Shown in pieces: positions 1 through 8,601 of a stretch of 64,000 nt of DNA. The stretch is taken from NCBI GenBank assembly GCA_050249955.1, contig JBFWPN010000001.1, positions 896,716 through 960,715 of the forward strand, read 5' to 3'. This stretch comes from Vicinamibacterales bacterium (GTDB lineage: Bacteria > Acidobacteriota > Vicinamibacteria > Vicinamibacterales > CAVVIG01). Numbering within the stretch: position 1 is the first letter of the stretch; each line of letters begins with the position of its first letter. The translations under genes and the position numbers were made by a program. The notes under the pieces are model-generated. The model had not been told where the DNA came from, did no database searches, and worked only from the letters and a program-made list of their open reading frames with translations.

Positions 1-1
1 C

Positions 2-754
2 GACCTGCTCGGCATCTCGTGGGAGGACATCCGCAAGGTCCGCGGCAGCGAGATCAGCATGATCTTCCAGGAGCCGATGACCTCCCTGAACCCGGTCTTC
101 ACGATCGGGATGCAGGTGACCGAGGTGATCCTCCAGCACGAGCCGGTGTCCCAGGAGGAGGCGAACCGGCGGGCGGTGGCCATCCTCACCGAGGTCGGCA
201 TCCCCGACGCCGCCCGGCGCATGACCCAGTACCCCCATCACCTCTCCGGCGGCATGCGCCAGCGGGTGATGATCGCGATGGCGCTCGTCCTGAACCCCGA
301 CCTGCTCATCGCCGACGAGCCGACGACGGCACTGGACGTGACCATCCAGGCGCAGATCCTCGACCTGATGCTGCAGCTGAAGGCGAGGCGCCCGGGCGCG
401 GCGATCCTGATCATCACGCACAACCTGTCGGTCGTGGCCGAGACCTGCGACCGCGTGGCGGTGATGTACGGCGGGAAGATCCAGGAGGTTGCGCCGGTGA
501 CGCGCCTCTTCGAGAACCCGCTGCATCCCTACACGCAGGGGCTGATCGGCTCCATCCCACGCGTGGACGGCGAGCGGGCGAAGCGCCTCAACGTGATTCC
601 CGGCACCGTGCCGAGCATCCTCGACATGCCGGCCGGCTGCAAGTTCGTCACGCGCTGTCCGCACCGCTTCGAGCCGTGTGCCGACATCGAGCCTCCGCTC
701 ATCGAGGTGGAACCCGACCACTTCGTGCGCTGCCACCTGTACCCGACACGCTGA
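2..754 (+). CDS. dppD: Oligopeptide/dipeptide ABC transporter ATP-binding protein (5' end cut by window edge)
   Basis: Frame open to the window edge. ABC signature '[15 protein letters not shown]', Walker B '[12 protein letters not shown]', and the oligopeptide-type C-terminal '[10 protein letters not shown]'. Stop TGA at 752-754. Confidence 0.9.
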   Translation, partial: DLLGISWEDIRKVRGSEISMIFQEPMTSLNPVFTIGMQVTEVILQHEPVSQEEANRRAVAILTEVGIPDAARRMTQYPHHLSGGMRQRVMIAMALVLNPDLLIADEPTTALDVTIQAQILDLMLQLKARRPGAAILIITHNLSVVAETCDRVAVMYGGKIQEVAPVTRLFENPLHPYTQGLIGSIPRVDGERAKRLNVIPGTVPSILDMPAGCKFVTRCPHRFEPCADIEPPLIEVEPDHFVRCHLYPTR

Positions 755-755
755 C

Positions 756-1763
756 ATGAGCACCCCGCAGGACGTCATCCTCGAAGTCGAGAACCTGAGC
801 GTGCGCTTCCCCGTCACGGGGGGTGTCCTGCTGCGCCGCATCGGCGAGGTGCGGGCCGTGGACCGGGTGTCGTTCACGATCGGTCGCGGCGAGACGCTCG
901 GCCTCGTGGGCGAGTCGGGCTGCGGCAAGACCACCGTCGGCCGCGCCATCGTCAACATCCTCTCGGCGATGGCCTACGGCGTCGAGGTGACGGGCCGGAT
1001 CGTCTACCACCACTCGTCTGGCCCCGTGGACCTCGCGACGCTCACGCGCAAGGGGATGCGCCCCTACCGGTCCGACATCCAGATGGTGTTCCAGGACCCG
1101 TACGCCTCGCTGAACCCGCGCAAGACGGTCAACCAGATCGTGGCCGAGCCGCTGGCCATCCACTCGAAGGGATCCAAGGCGGAGCACCTGGAACGGGTCG
1201 CCTGGCTGCTGCAGAAGGTGGGGCTCTCCGCCGAGCAGGGGAACCGCTACCCGCACGAGTTCTCGGGCGGACAGCGCCAGCGCATCGGCATCGCGCGCGC
1301 ACTCGCGACCAACCCGAAGCTGGTGATCGCGGACGAACCGGTCAGCGCGCTCGACGTGTCGGTCCAGGCCCAGGTGATCAACCTGATGCAGGACCTGCAG
1401 GAGGAGTTCGGGCTGTCCTACCTGTTCATCGCCCACGATCTCTCGGTGGTCCGGCACATCTCGAACCGCATTGCCGTCATGTACCTCGGGCACATCGTCG
1501 AGATGGGTGACGGCGAGACGATCTACCGGTCGCCGCTGCACCCCTACTCGCGGGCGCTCCTCGCATCGGCCCCGCGCCCCGACCCGGGTGCGAAGCGGGT
1601 CCGGCAGGCAAAGCTCGTGGGCGACATCCCCTCGCCCATGAACAAGCCTTCGGGCTGTCCCTTCCGTACGCGCTGCCCCATCGCGAAGGACAGCTGCGCG
1701 GCGGAGGTGCCCCCGCTGCAGTTCCGTGACGGCCGGTTCGTCGCCTGCCCGTTCGTGGAGTGA
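756..1763 (+). CDS. dppF: Oligopeptide/dipeptide ABC transporter ATP-binding protein
   Basis: ATG at 756, 1 nt after the upstream stop. Walker A 'GESGCGKTT', signature 'FSGGQRQRIGIARAL', C-terminal 'LHPYSRALL'. Confidence 0.9.
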   Translation: MSTPQDVILEVENLSVRFPVTGGVLLRRIGEVRAVDRVSFTIGRGETLGLVGESGCGKTTVGRAIVNILSAMAYGVEVTGRIVYHHSSGPVDLATLTRKGMRPYRSDIQMVFQDPYASLNPRKTVNQIVAEPLAIHSKGSKAEHLERVAWLLQKVGLSAEQGNRYPHEFSGGQRQRIGIARALATNPKLVIADEPVSALDVSVQAQVINLMQDLQEEFGLSYLFIAHDLSVVRHISNRIAVMYLGHIVEMGDGETIYRSPLHPYSRALLASAPRPDPGAKRVRQAKLVGDIPSPMNKPSGCPFRTRCPIAKDSCAAEVPPLQFRDGRFVACPFVE

Positions 1764-1776
1764 ACGGTCCCAGGCG

Positions 1777-2460
1777 TCAGTTCGCGAAGCCGTACCCGAA
1801 CAGCGCAATCTCCTCGGCGTAGACCCGTGCCACCAGGCCGCGCGTCCGGTTGTCGTACGCGTCGCGGTAGTCCGGCTTGTCCATCCGCATCAGGTGCGGC
1901 AGCGGCGTCGCAATGGCGAGCCGATGGGCAATCTCCGCGAAGTCGCGGTCGAGGGTCTCGAAGCGCCCGATGAAGTCCACGCCGATGCGGCCGTCGAAGC
2001 CGCGGATCCAGTCGAGCTGCGGCCGCAGCATGCCCCGTCCAGCCTGGCGGTCGAGGAAGCGGCCGAGCGAGACCGGTTCAGTGAGCCCGTACGACGGCCA
2101 GTGCTGGCGGTCCTGCATGACGTTCGCCCACCAGGAGTGCGCCCGCGCCCACGGGTTGCGCACGACGGTGAACTTCAGGTACGCCGCGAACTGTCCGGCC
2201 GTCACCCGCAGGTCGTTCGCCGGGTTCGCACTGGGCGGTGCCAGCCGCCGATGGTGCAGCCGGGCGAAGGCGTGCCGAAGGTTGTCCCGGCCGTTCACGG
2301 CGCGCGAGAATGGGAAGGGCTCCTCCAGCATCCGAAGGCTGCGGTGGTCCTGCGCCTCGCGTCCCGCATACCCGTCCAGGTGCCCGAGCACCGACTCGAT
2401 GCTCGTGCCGGCGCACTTCGGGATGTGGATGAAGATGCAGCGATGCTGGTGCGACACCAT
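1777..2460 (-). CDS. Sulfotransferase family protein (PAPS-dependent, substrate unknown)
   Basis: 227-aa ORF starting 'MVSHQHRCIFIHIPKCAGTSI', which matches the 5'-phosphosulfate-binding loop pattern of sulfotransferase family 2/3 proteins. Later 'FTVVRNPWARAHSWW'. Confidence 0.7.
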   Translation of the reverse strand: MVSHQHRCIFIHIPKCAGTSIESVLGHLDGYAGREAQDHRSLRMLEEPFPFSRAVNGRDNLRHAFARLHHRRLAPPSANPANDLRVTAGQFAAYLKFTVVRNPWARAHSWWANVMQDRQHWPSYGLTEPVSLGRFLDRQAGRGMLRPQLDWIRGFDGRIGVDFIGRFETLDRDFAEIAHRLAIATPLPHLMRMDKPDYRDAYDNRTRGLVARVYAEEIALFGYGFAN

Positions 2461-2535
2461 CGGCGCAGCCGATCATAGACGTTCGTGGTGACGAACGGTG
2501 CCGGAACGGCCGCGCACCCACGCATACTTGCATCC

Positions 2536-4161
2536 ATGACACGGAAGATCCTTGCAGCCGCCGCCGCGGTGGCCGTTGCCGCCAGCCTCCACGCGCAGGG
2601 GCAGGCGGCGTTCAGCGCCGACCGGTTCCGCGCCCATGTCGCCTTCCTCGCCGACGACCTGCTCGAGGGACGCGAGGCGGGCACGCGAGGGCACGAGATC
2701 GCGGCCCGATACGTCGCCACGCAGTTCGAGCTGCTCGGCGTGAAGCCGGGGGCTGCCGGACGCTCGTACTTCCAGCCGGTGAACCTGCTCGAGGTGGCAC
2801 ACACCGGCCGGGCACCGACCCTGACGATCAAGACGCCCGAGGGGAGGCACCGCCTGCGACATACCGTGGACGCGCTCATCGGCGGAGCCCCGGACGGCGG
2901 GACCGCGCGGGTGAACGGACAGACGGTGTTCGTCGGCTACGGCGTCACCGACCCGGTCCTCGGGATCGACGACTACGCCGGGCTCGACGTACGCGGGAAG
3001 GTGGTGGTGGCGCTGGCGGCCCCGGCGCCAGGCATCGACAGTGAGATTGCCGCGCACCTGATGAGCGTGCAGCGGCGCACCGCCGCCCGCCACGGAGCGG
3101 TCGGCTTCATCGGCATCCAGACACGGGCCGCCGAGAAGGCCCGTCCCTTCGACGCGCTCATGAGGCTGGCAGATGGGCCGGCCACCAGCTGGGAGCGAGC
3201 GGATGGACAGCCGGGCGACGGCTCCGGCATGAAGGCCGGTGCGCTCGTTGGCCCCAGGGCTGCCCCGCGGCTCTTCGAGGGAGCTCCGCGTACGCTGAAC
3301 GACGTCCTGGACGAGGCAGACCGGGCCGGCGCACGGCCCGCCGGCTTCGCCCTGAAGAGCACGGTCGAGCTCAGCGTCACGACAGCCGTGCGCCGATACG
3401 CCAGCCCGGATGTCGTGGGCCTCATCGAAGGGACCGACCCGGTGCTGCGCAACGAGTACGTCGTGCTGATGGCGCACGCGGACCACATCGGCGTGAACCG
3501 GTCGGGCAGCGGCGACCGGATCAACAACGGCGCGCTCGACAACGCGGCTGGCATCGCCACCCTGCTCGAAGTGGCACGCACTTTCGCCACATCCACCCAG
3601 CGCCCACGCCGGTCGATCCTCCTCGTCGCCAATACGGCCGAAGAGAAGGGTCTCCTCGGAGCCGAGGCGTTCGCCAACAATCCGCCCGTCCCGATCGAGC
3701 GCATCGTCGCCGCGGTGGACCTGGACATGCCGTTGTTGCTCTACGACTTCACCGACGTGGTGGCCTATGGCGGCAGCCACTCCACGCTCGACCGGGCCTT
3801 CCGTGCCGCAGGGGCGGAGATGGGCATCACGCTCTCGCCTGACCCGATGCCGGAGCAGACGATCTTCGTGCGGTCGGACCACTACGCGATGGCCAAGGCG
3901 GGCGTACCGGCGGTGATGCTGGCCACGGGGATGGCGAACGGCGGGGACAAGGCGTGGGCGAGCTTCCTGAGCACGCAGTACCACCAGCCGAGCGACGACC
4001 TCACGCTCCCGATCCACTGGAACGCCGGGGCGAAGTTCGCGGAGCTGAACTACCGCGCGATACGGATCCTGGCCGATTCCCAGGAACCGGCGCGCTGGTA
4101 CGAGGGCGACTACTTCGGGCGCGTGTTCGCGCCGAAGGCGGCGAAGGCACCACGGCCGTAG
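2536..4161 (+). CDS. Secreted M28-family zinc aminopeptidase with PA domain
   Basis: ATG at 2536 gives the signal peptide 'MTRKILAAAAAVAVAASLHAQG'. M28 metal-ligand motifs 'MAHADHIG', 'NGALDNAAG', 'NTAEEKGLLG', 'VDLDMP'. Confidence 0.85.
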   Translation: MTRKILAAAAAVAVAASLHAQGQAAFSADRFRAHVAFLADDLLEGREAGTRGHEIAARYVATQFELLGVKPGAAGRSYFQPVNLLEVAHTGRAPTLTIKTPEGRHRLRHTVDALIGGAPDGGTARVNGQTVFVGYGVTDPVLGIDDYAGLDVRGKVVVALAAPAPGIDSEIAAHLMSVQRRTAARHGAVGFIGIQTRAAEKARPFDALMRLADGPATSWERADGQPGDGSGMKAGALVGPRAAPRLFEGAPRTLNDVLDEADRAGARPAGFALKSTVELSVTTAVRRYASPDVVGLIEGTDPVLRNEYVVLMAHADHIGVNRSGSGDRINNGALDNAAGIATLLEVARTFATSTQRPRRSILLVANTAEEKGLLGAEAFANNPPVPIERIVAAVDLDMPLLLYDFTDVVAYGGSHSTLDRAFRAAGAEMGITLSPDPMPEQTIFVRSDHYAMAKAGVPAVMLATGMANGGDKAWASFLSTQYHQPSDDLTLPIHWNAGAKFAELNYRAIRILADSQEPARWYEGDYFGRVFAPKAAKAPRP

Positions 4162-5109
4162 TCAGGCTGCTTCGGTCGACGGGCCGGATCCGACGCGCGC
4201 CTCGTGGGCCGGGCTGGTCACCGCCAGCGTTTCCGCGCCCAGGAACACGAACGCAATCCAGATCGCGTCAGCCAGCAGCAGGTGCAGGAGCTGCAACCAC
4301 ACTGGCGCGAGCAGGGCGACGTTCACCGCGCCGGCCGTCAGCTGCAGCGCCAGCAGCCAGGTCAGCGTGCGGGCGAGCGAGCGGGCCCGCAGGTTGCGCC
4401 CCGCAATCTTCCAGACAGAGGTCGCCAGGTACAGCGACACCATCACGGCCAGGATCGGATGGATCGTCCGCAGCCGGATCAGGAAGTGCGAGGTGGCCGA
4501 GAGGTCCGCCCGCAGCCCTTCGCCGAGCGATCCGGCCGGAAAGAGGGTGTCGCCCAGCGCCGTGATGGCCCCCGCCACACTGACGATGAGCAGGGCGGCA
4601 GCGCCGAAGGCAAGCGGAGCCGTGCCGACGACGCCCGCACCCACGCGCAGGTGTGACCCACCCGAGGCCCAGTGCACGCTCAGCGTGAGCGCGGCCAGCA
4701 GCAGGAAGGTATTGAGCAGGTGCGCCGCCACCGCAAACGCCCTCGCCGCGCTCGCGTCGTCGGCCACGAGCTGGAAGAGCACGAGGCCGGCACCAAGGGC
4801 CGCTTCGGACAGCATGAACCCCAGGGAGAGCCCCGCGCCGAGCCGGACCGGGGAGCCGGGCGCCGCCACCCGGCGAGCCCAGAAGAAGAGCACGACCACC
4901 GAGATGAGCGCGAGGCCGCTCGTGGCCCGGTGGGAGAACTCGACCAGCATCTCGACCGACTCGGGCCGTGCCAGCACCTCGCCGTTGCAGAGGGGCCAGT
5001 GCGCACCGCAGCCGGCGCCGGAGCCGGTGGCCCGCACGTAGGCACCCCAGGCGATGACGGCAAGGTTGTAGATCAGGACAACCCAGGTATAGCGGGCAAG
5101 GCGAGCCAT
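4162..5109 (-). CDS. ctaA: Heme A synthase (COX15/CtaA family)
   Basis: 'GSGAGCGAHWPLCNGE' Cys pair followed by a multi-pass membrane profile. Start ATG at 5109 ('MARLARYTWVVLIYN') preferred over the upstream in-frame extension. Confidence 0.85.
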   Translation of the reverse strand: MARLARYTWVVLIYNLAVIAWGAYVRATGSGAGCGAHWPLCNGEVLARPESVEMLVEFSHRATSGLALISVVVLFFWARRVAAPGSPVRLGAGLSLGFMLSEAALGAGLVLFQLVADDASAARAFAVAAHLLNTFLLLAALTLSVHWASGGSHLRVGAGVVGTAPLAFGAAALLIVSVAGAITALGDTLFPAGSLGEGLRADLSATSHFLIRLRTIHPILAVMVSLYLATSVWKIAGRNLRARSLARTLTWLLALQLTAGAVNVALLAPVWLQLLHLLLADAIWIAFVFLGAETLAVTSPAHEARVGSGPSTEAA

Positions 5110-5119
5110 CGGATCGATC

Positions 5120-5464
5120 CTAGACCATCTCCTCCACCACGGAGGTGCCGCTGCCCTCGCCACCTTCGGTCCAGCTCCAGGATTCGTGGAGCCGCAGCCG
5201 GCCGTCCGGGAGGACTTCCGGCGTCGAGAGGCAGCGACCTGCCCGGAGCTGGCCCGTGACGCTGACCTGCTGGTAGCGCATCTCGAGCCGTCCGCGCGCG
5301 TCCACCGTGGCGATCAGGGTGCCGAACGCGACGCCCCCGCCGTCGTAGGTGGCCCACACGACGGCGCCCCGCTGGTGGTAGTGGAACGTGGTGTCGGTCG
5401 TGACGTCGCCCGTGTCCACGTTGGACACGGCGCGAAAGCGGCGATTGTCGTAGTCGATGATCAC
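5120..5464 (-). CDS. Small conserved hypothetical protein (beta-rich, about 114 aa)
   Basis: GTG start at 5464. Alternating beta-strand-like pattern 'TTFHYHQRGAVVWATYDGGGVAFGTLIATVDARGRLEMRYQQV'. The stop lies 10 nt upstream of the ctaA start, so it is probably co-transcribed. Confidence 0.55.
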   Translation of the reverse strand: MIIDYDNRRFRAVSNVDTGDVTTDTTFHYHQRGAVVWATYDGGGVAFGTLIATVDARGRLEMRYQQVSVTGQLRAGRCLSTPEVLPDGRLRLHESWSWTEGGEGSGTSVVEEMV

Positions 5465-5538
5465 GGCAGCCCATGTTACCGGTCGCCGGACCGCGGCGCA
5501 CGCTGACCGGCCAGTCGGTCGGGTGCTAGCATGGCGGC

Positions 5539-6789
5539 GTGTCGCGCCTCACTGTTGCCGCCGTCGTGACCGGCGCACTCGCCCTCGCTGCCGCGACAGT
5601 GCCGGCGCAGGGGAGACCCGACATCTTCCAGGTGCCCCTCTCGCATCCGACCATCGCCTACACCACCGCGCCCACCGCCGACCGGATCAGCCGGCTGAAC
5701 AAAGCGCTCGCGGCGGGCACGATCAGGCTGCCGTTCGACCCGGCGAGCGGCTACCTGCGCGGCGTACTGGCCGCGACCGGTGTGGCCGTGGAATCGCAAC
5801 TGCTCGTCTTCTCGCAGACGAGCGCCCAGGCCGACCACATCTCGTTCGCCAACCCGCGCGCCATCTACTTCGACGACGACCTGGCGGTGGGCTGGGTGCG
5901 GGGTGCCGAGGCACTCGAGGTCGCGGTACACGACCCACGGCAGGGTGCCGTCTTCTACACCCTCGCCCAGCGCCCCACGGACACGCCGCAGTTCAGGCGG
6001 GACAACGGCTGCCTCCTCTGCCACGCCATCTTCGAGACGCACGGAGTGCCCGGGTTCCAGGTGCTGAGCACCTTCCCGATGGCGAACGCCGACGCCTACG
6101 CATCCGGCGTCGCCAGCGACCACGGCACGCCCTTCCCCCAGCGCTGGGGCGGGTGGTTCGTCACCGGGCGCAGCGTGCCGGCGCAGCACCTCGGGAACCT
6201 GCCGGTGGTCCGGCCGGTCGGCTCGCACGCGATGCCGGAGGCGCCGGTTCTGGCGTCGGTGCAGGGGCAGTTCGATCTGGCCGGATTCCCCACCGACACG
6301 AGCGACATCGTCGCCCTGCTGGTGCTGGAACACCAGGCGCGCGTGGCCAACGCCCTCACGTGGCTCGGCTGGGAAGCGCGGGTCGCCGAGCCGACGCCCG
6401 CCGGGCGCGACCGCGTCGCCTATGTCGCGCGCGAGGTGGTCGACGACATGCTCCTGGTGGGCGAGGTGCCGCTCGGGCAACCGGTGGAGGGCACATCGGG
6501 GTTCGCACGGCGGTTCGTGGAGAAGGGACGGAGGGATCGGCAGGGTCGCTCGCTGCGAGATCTCGACCTGCAGACGCGCCTGTTCCGGTACCCCTGCAGC
6601 TACATGATCGACTCGGCGGCATTTGCGGCGCTGCCTCCGGAGGCACGGCTGGCGGTCTACGCGCGTTTGCGGGAGGTGCTGTCTGGCGCCGAGGGCTCCC
6701 CTCGCTACGCAGACCTCGCGCCTGCCACGCGTCAGGCGATCGTCGAGATCCTGCGCGACACGCGTGATGATCTGCCGGCCGGGTGGTAA
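5539..6789 (+). CDS. Secreted hypothetical protein with a single CxxCH heme-c motif
   Basis: GTG at 5539. Signal peptide '[25 protein letters not shown]'. One 'CLLCH' motif in '[17 protein letters not shown]'. Conserved-looking C-terminal '[20 protein letters not shown]'. Confidence 0.7.
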   Translation: MSRLTVAAVVTGALALAAATVPAQGRPDIFQVPLSHPTIAYTTAPTADRISRLNKALAAGTIRLPFDPASGYLRGVLAATGVAVESQLLVFSQTSAQADHISFANPRAIYFDDDLAVGWVRGAEALEVAVHDPRQGAVFYTLAQRPTDTPQFRRDNGCLLCHAIFETHGVPGFQVLSTFPMANADAYASGVASDHGTPFPQRWGGWFVTGRSVPAQHLGNLPVVRPVGSHAMPEAPVLASVQGQFDLAGFPTDTSDIVALLVLEHQARVANALTWLGWEARVAEPTPAGRDRVAYVAREVVDDMLLVGEVPLGQPVEGTSGFARRFVEKGRRDRQGRSLRDLDLQTRLFRYPCSYMIDSAAFAALPPEARLAVYARLREVLSGAEGSPRYADLAPATRQAIVEILRDTRDDLPAGW

Positions 6790-6814
6790 GCTTCGTCACC
6801 GGCCCCGGTTCCCT

Positions 6815-8539
6815 ATGACGACGCCCGTGCCTGACGCACCCGACCTGACCGCAGAGGACCTGCTGGCACTCGTGGACATGGGACGCGAGCTCGCGGCGGT
6901 GCTCGACATCCGCGCGCTCCTGCCGCGCATCCTCTCGCGCGCGTGCTGGCTCACCGACTCGCCCGACGGCAGCGTGATCCTGTTCGATCCGGAGCGGGGC
7001 GACCTCTACTTCGCCGAGGCAGTCGGAAGAGACGCGGCCACGCTGCTCGAGCAGTGGGGACGCCGCCGCCAGAGGGGCATTCCCGTGGACGCGAGCAAGG
7101 CCGGCCAGGTGTTCAGCACCGGGCGCTCGCTGAAGGTGGACCTGCTCGTGGACGACGAGCGGCACTTCAAGGGGGTGGATGCCGATACTCGCCGGGCCAC
7201 CGAGTCCATGATCTGCGTCCCGCTCGTGGTCGGCAGCGACCGGCTGGGGGTCATGCAGATCCTGAACAAGCGCACCGGGAACTACACGGGCCGCGACCTG
7301 ACGCTGCTCGAGCACTTCGCCAGCCAGGCCGCCGTGGCGCTGCGCAATGCCAGGCTCGTGGAGGACGTGCTGGCCCACATGGGCTGGTACGAGACAGAGG
7401 GGGGCGGGCCCGACCCGCTGCGTCTGCTGACGACCCTCCGCAATCCGGCGCACGCCGAGGAACTCACGGTGATGTTCGCCGACATGCGCGGCTACAACCG
7501 GCTGTGCCAGGTGCTGGACCGCCCGGAGCACGTGCAGGCGATCCTGAACGAGTTCCTGACCGAGCTGGCCACGTCCGTCCTCGCCAGCGGGGGCATCGTC
7601 AACAAGTTCCTCGGTGACGGCCTGCTGGCGATCTTCCGCGAGAGGGATACGGCCCTGCGCGCCGTCCGGTGCGCCGCGGACCTCACCCACCGCATGGCTG
7701 CCATGCGCACGCGCTGGGACGAGAACACCAACGCGTCGCTCGAGTTCCTGGACGTGGGCATCGGCATCGCCACCGACACCGTGATTCTCGGATCGATCGG
7801 GACGGCGCGCGTGCGCGACTTCACGGTGCTCGGCACCGGCGTCAACCTGGCCGCGCACCTGACACGCGACGCCAGGCAGGGACGCCGCATCCTTGTGGAC
7901 AAGCGGACCTATCTCGCTGTCCGTTCGATGGTGACCGCGGATCCGCCCGAGGAGTTCGAGCTGAAGAAGCCGGACCAGCCCCAGGGACGACGGTACGAGC
8001 GCTACTGCATCCGCAGCGTGAACGGCACGCAGCTCGCACGCGCGGCATCGGCGGCGTCCCCGGCAGCCTCTCCAGCGCCGGCTGCCGGTGCGGCGCCCGC
8101 ACGCGACAGTATCTTCATCAGCTACAGCCACGACGATCAGCCCTGGCTGGAGAAGCTGAAGGTGCACCTGAAACCGCACACGCGGAAGCGCAGCCTCAGC
8201 GTGTGGGACGACACGCAGATCAAGACCGGGGCGAACTGGCGCGAGGAGATTCGACGCGCGCTGGCGTCGGCGAAGGTGGCCGTGCTGCTGGTGAGCCCGA
8301 ACTTCCTGGCGTCGGACTTCATCACCGACGAAGAGATTCCGCCGCTGCTCGCGGCTGCGAAGGAGGCCGGACTGACCGTCGTCTGGTTTGCCGTGAGCGC
8401 CTGCTCGCACGACCAGACCGACATCCCGGACTACCAGGCGGCCTACAACCCCGAACGTCCGCTGGACAGCCTCTCGCCAGCGGAGCTGAACCAGGCGTTC
8501 GTCGACATCTGTCGGAAGATCAGCGACGCCCTGAGGTAG
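6815..8539 (+). CDS. GAF sensor / class III adenylate-guanylate cyclase / TIR domain fusion protein
   Basis: ATG at 6815, 25 nt after the upstream stop; the long in-frame upstream extension is Arg/Cys-rich junk. Three recognisable domains in one frame (see the domain features below). Confidence 0.9.
   Translation: MTTPVPDAPDLTAEDLLALVDMGRELAAVLDIRALLPRILSRACWLTDSPDGSVILFDPERGDLYFAEAVGRDAATLLEQWGRRRQRGIPVDASKAGQVFSTGRSLKVDLLVDDERHFKGVDADTRRATESMICVPLVVGSDRLGVMQILNKRTGNYTGRDLTLLEHFASQAAVALRNARLVEDVLAHMGWYETEGGGPDPLRLLTTLRNPAHAEELTVMFADMRGYNRLCQVLDRPEHVQAILNEFLTELATSVLASGGIVNKFLGDGLLAIFRERDTALRAVRCAADLTHRMAAMRTRWDENTNASLEFLDVGIGIATDTVILGSIGTARVRDFTVLGTGVNLAAHLTRDARQGRRILVDKRTYLAVRSMVTADPPEEFELKKPDQPQGRRYERYCIRSVNGTQLARAASAASPAASPAPAAGAAPARDSIFISYSHDDQPWLEKLKVHLKPHTRKRSLSVWDDTQIKTGANWREEIRRALASAKVAVLLVSPNFLASDFITDEEIPPLLAAAKEAGLTVVWFAVSACSHDQTDIPDYQAAYNPERPLDSLSPAELNQAFVDICRKISDALR
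6857..7354 (+). other. GAF-like sensor domain (aa ~15-180 of the fusion protein)
   Basis: '[43 protein letters not shown] ... [50 protein letters not shown]', a typical GAF start and end pattern. Confidence 0.7.
7460..7939 (+). other. Class III nucleotidyl cyclase homology domain (aa ~216-375)
   Basis: Metal-binding Asp residues in 'VMFADMRGY' and '[12 protein letters not shown]'. '[16 protein letters not shown]' corresponds to the D...N...R catalytic segment. Confidence 0.8.
8108..8524 (+). other. TIR domain (aa ~432-570)
   Basis: '[21 protein letters not shown]', '[22 protein letters not shown]', '[22 protein letters not shown]'. This matches the bacterial TIR_2 pattern (S-x-[WF]-x3-E), with Glu506 (nt 8330-8332) at the catalytic position. 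Confidence 0.8.
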
Positions 8540-8560
8540 GCACTCGCAGTCCTGCGTGCC
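8539..8560 (+). terminator. Possible hairpin after the GAF-cyclase-TIR gene
   Basis: GGCAC-tc-GCA-gtcc-TGC-GTGCC starts at the stop codon. There is no U-tract, so this is only a weak terminator call. Confidence 0.3.
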
Positions 8561-8601
8561 CCACCTGCCCAGCCAGCCTCGATTCCCGGCCTTGCAGCCC
8601 C

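Noticed and set aside
6815-8539. Assignment of the TIR gene to a canonical Thoeris, CBASS or Pycsar system
   Set aside because: The neighbourhood has no ThsA (SIR2/Macro-SLOG), CD-NTase, or separate cNMP-binding effector gene. The cyclase specificity residues look adenylate-type rather than Pycsar-like. It is therefore reported as an uncharacterised fusion, not as a known system.
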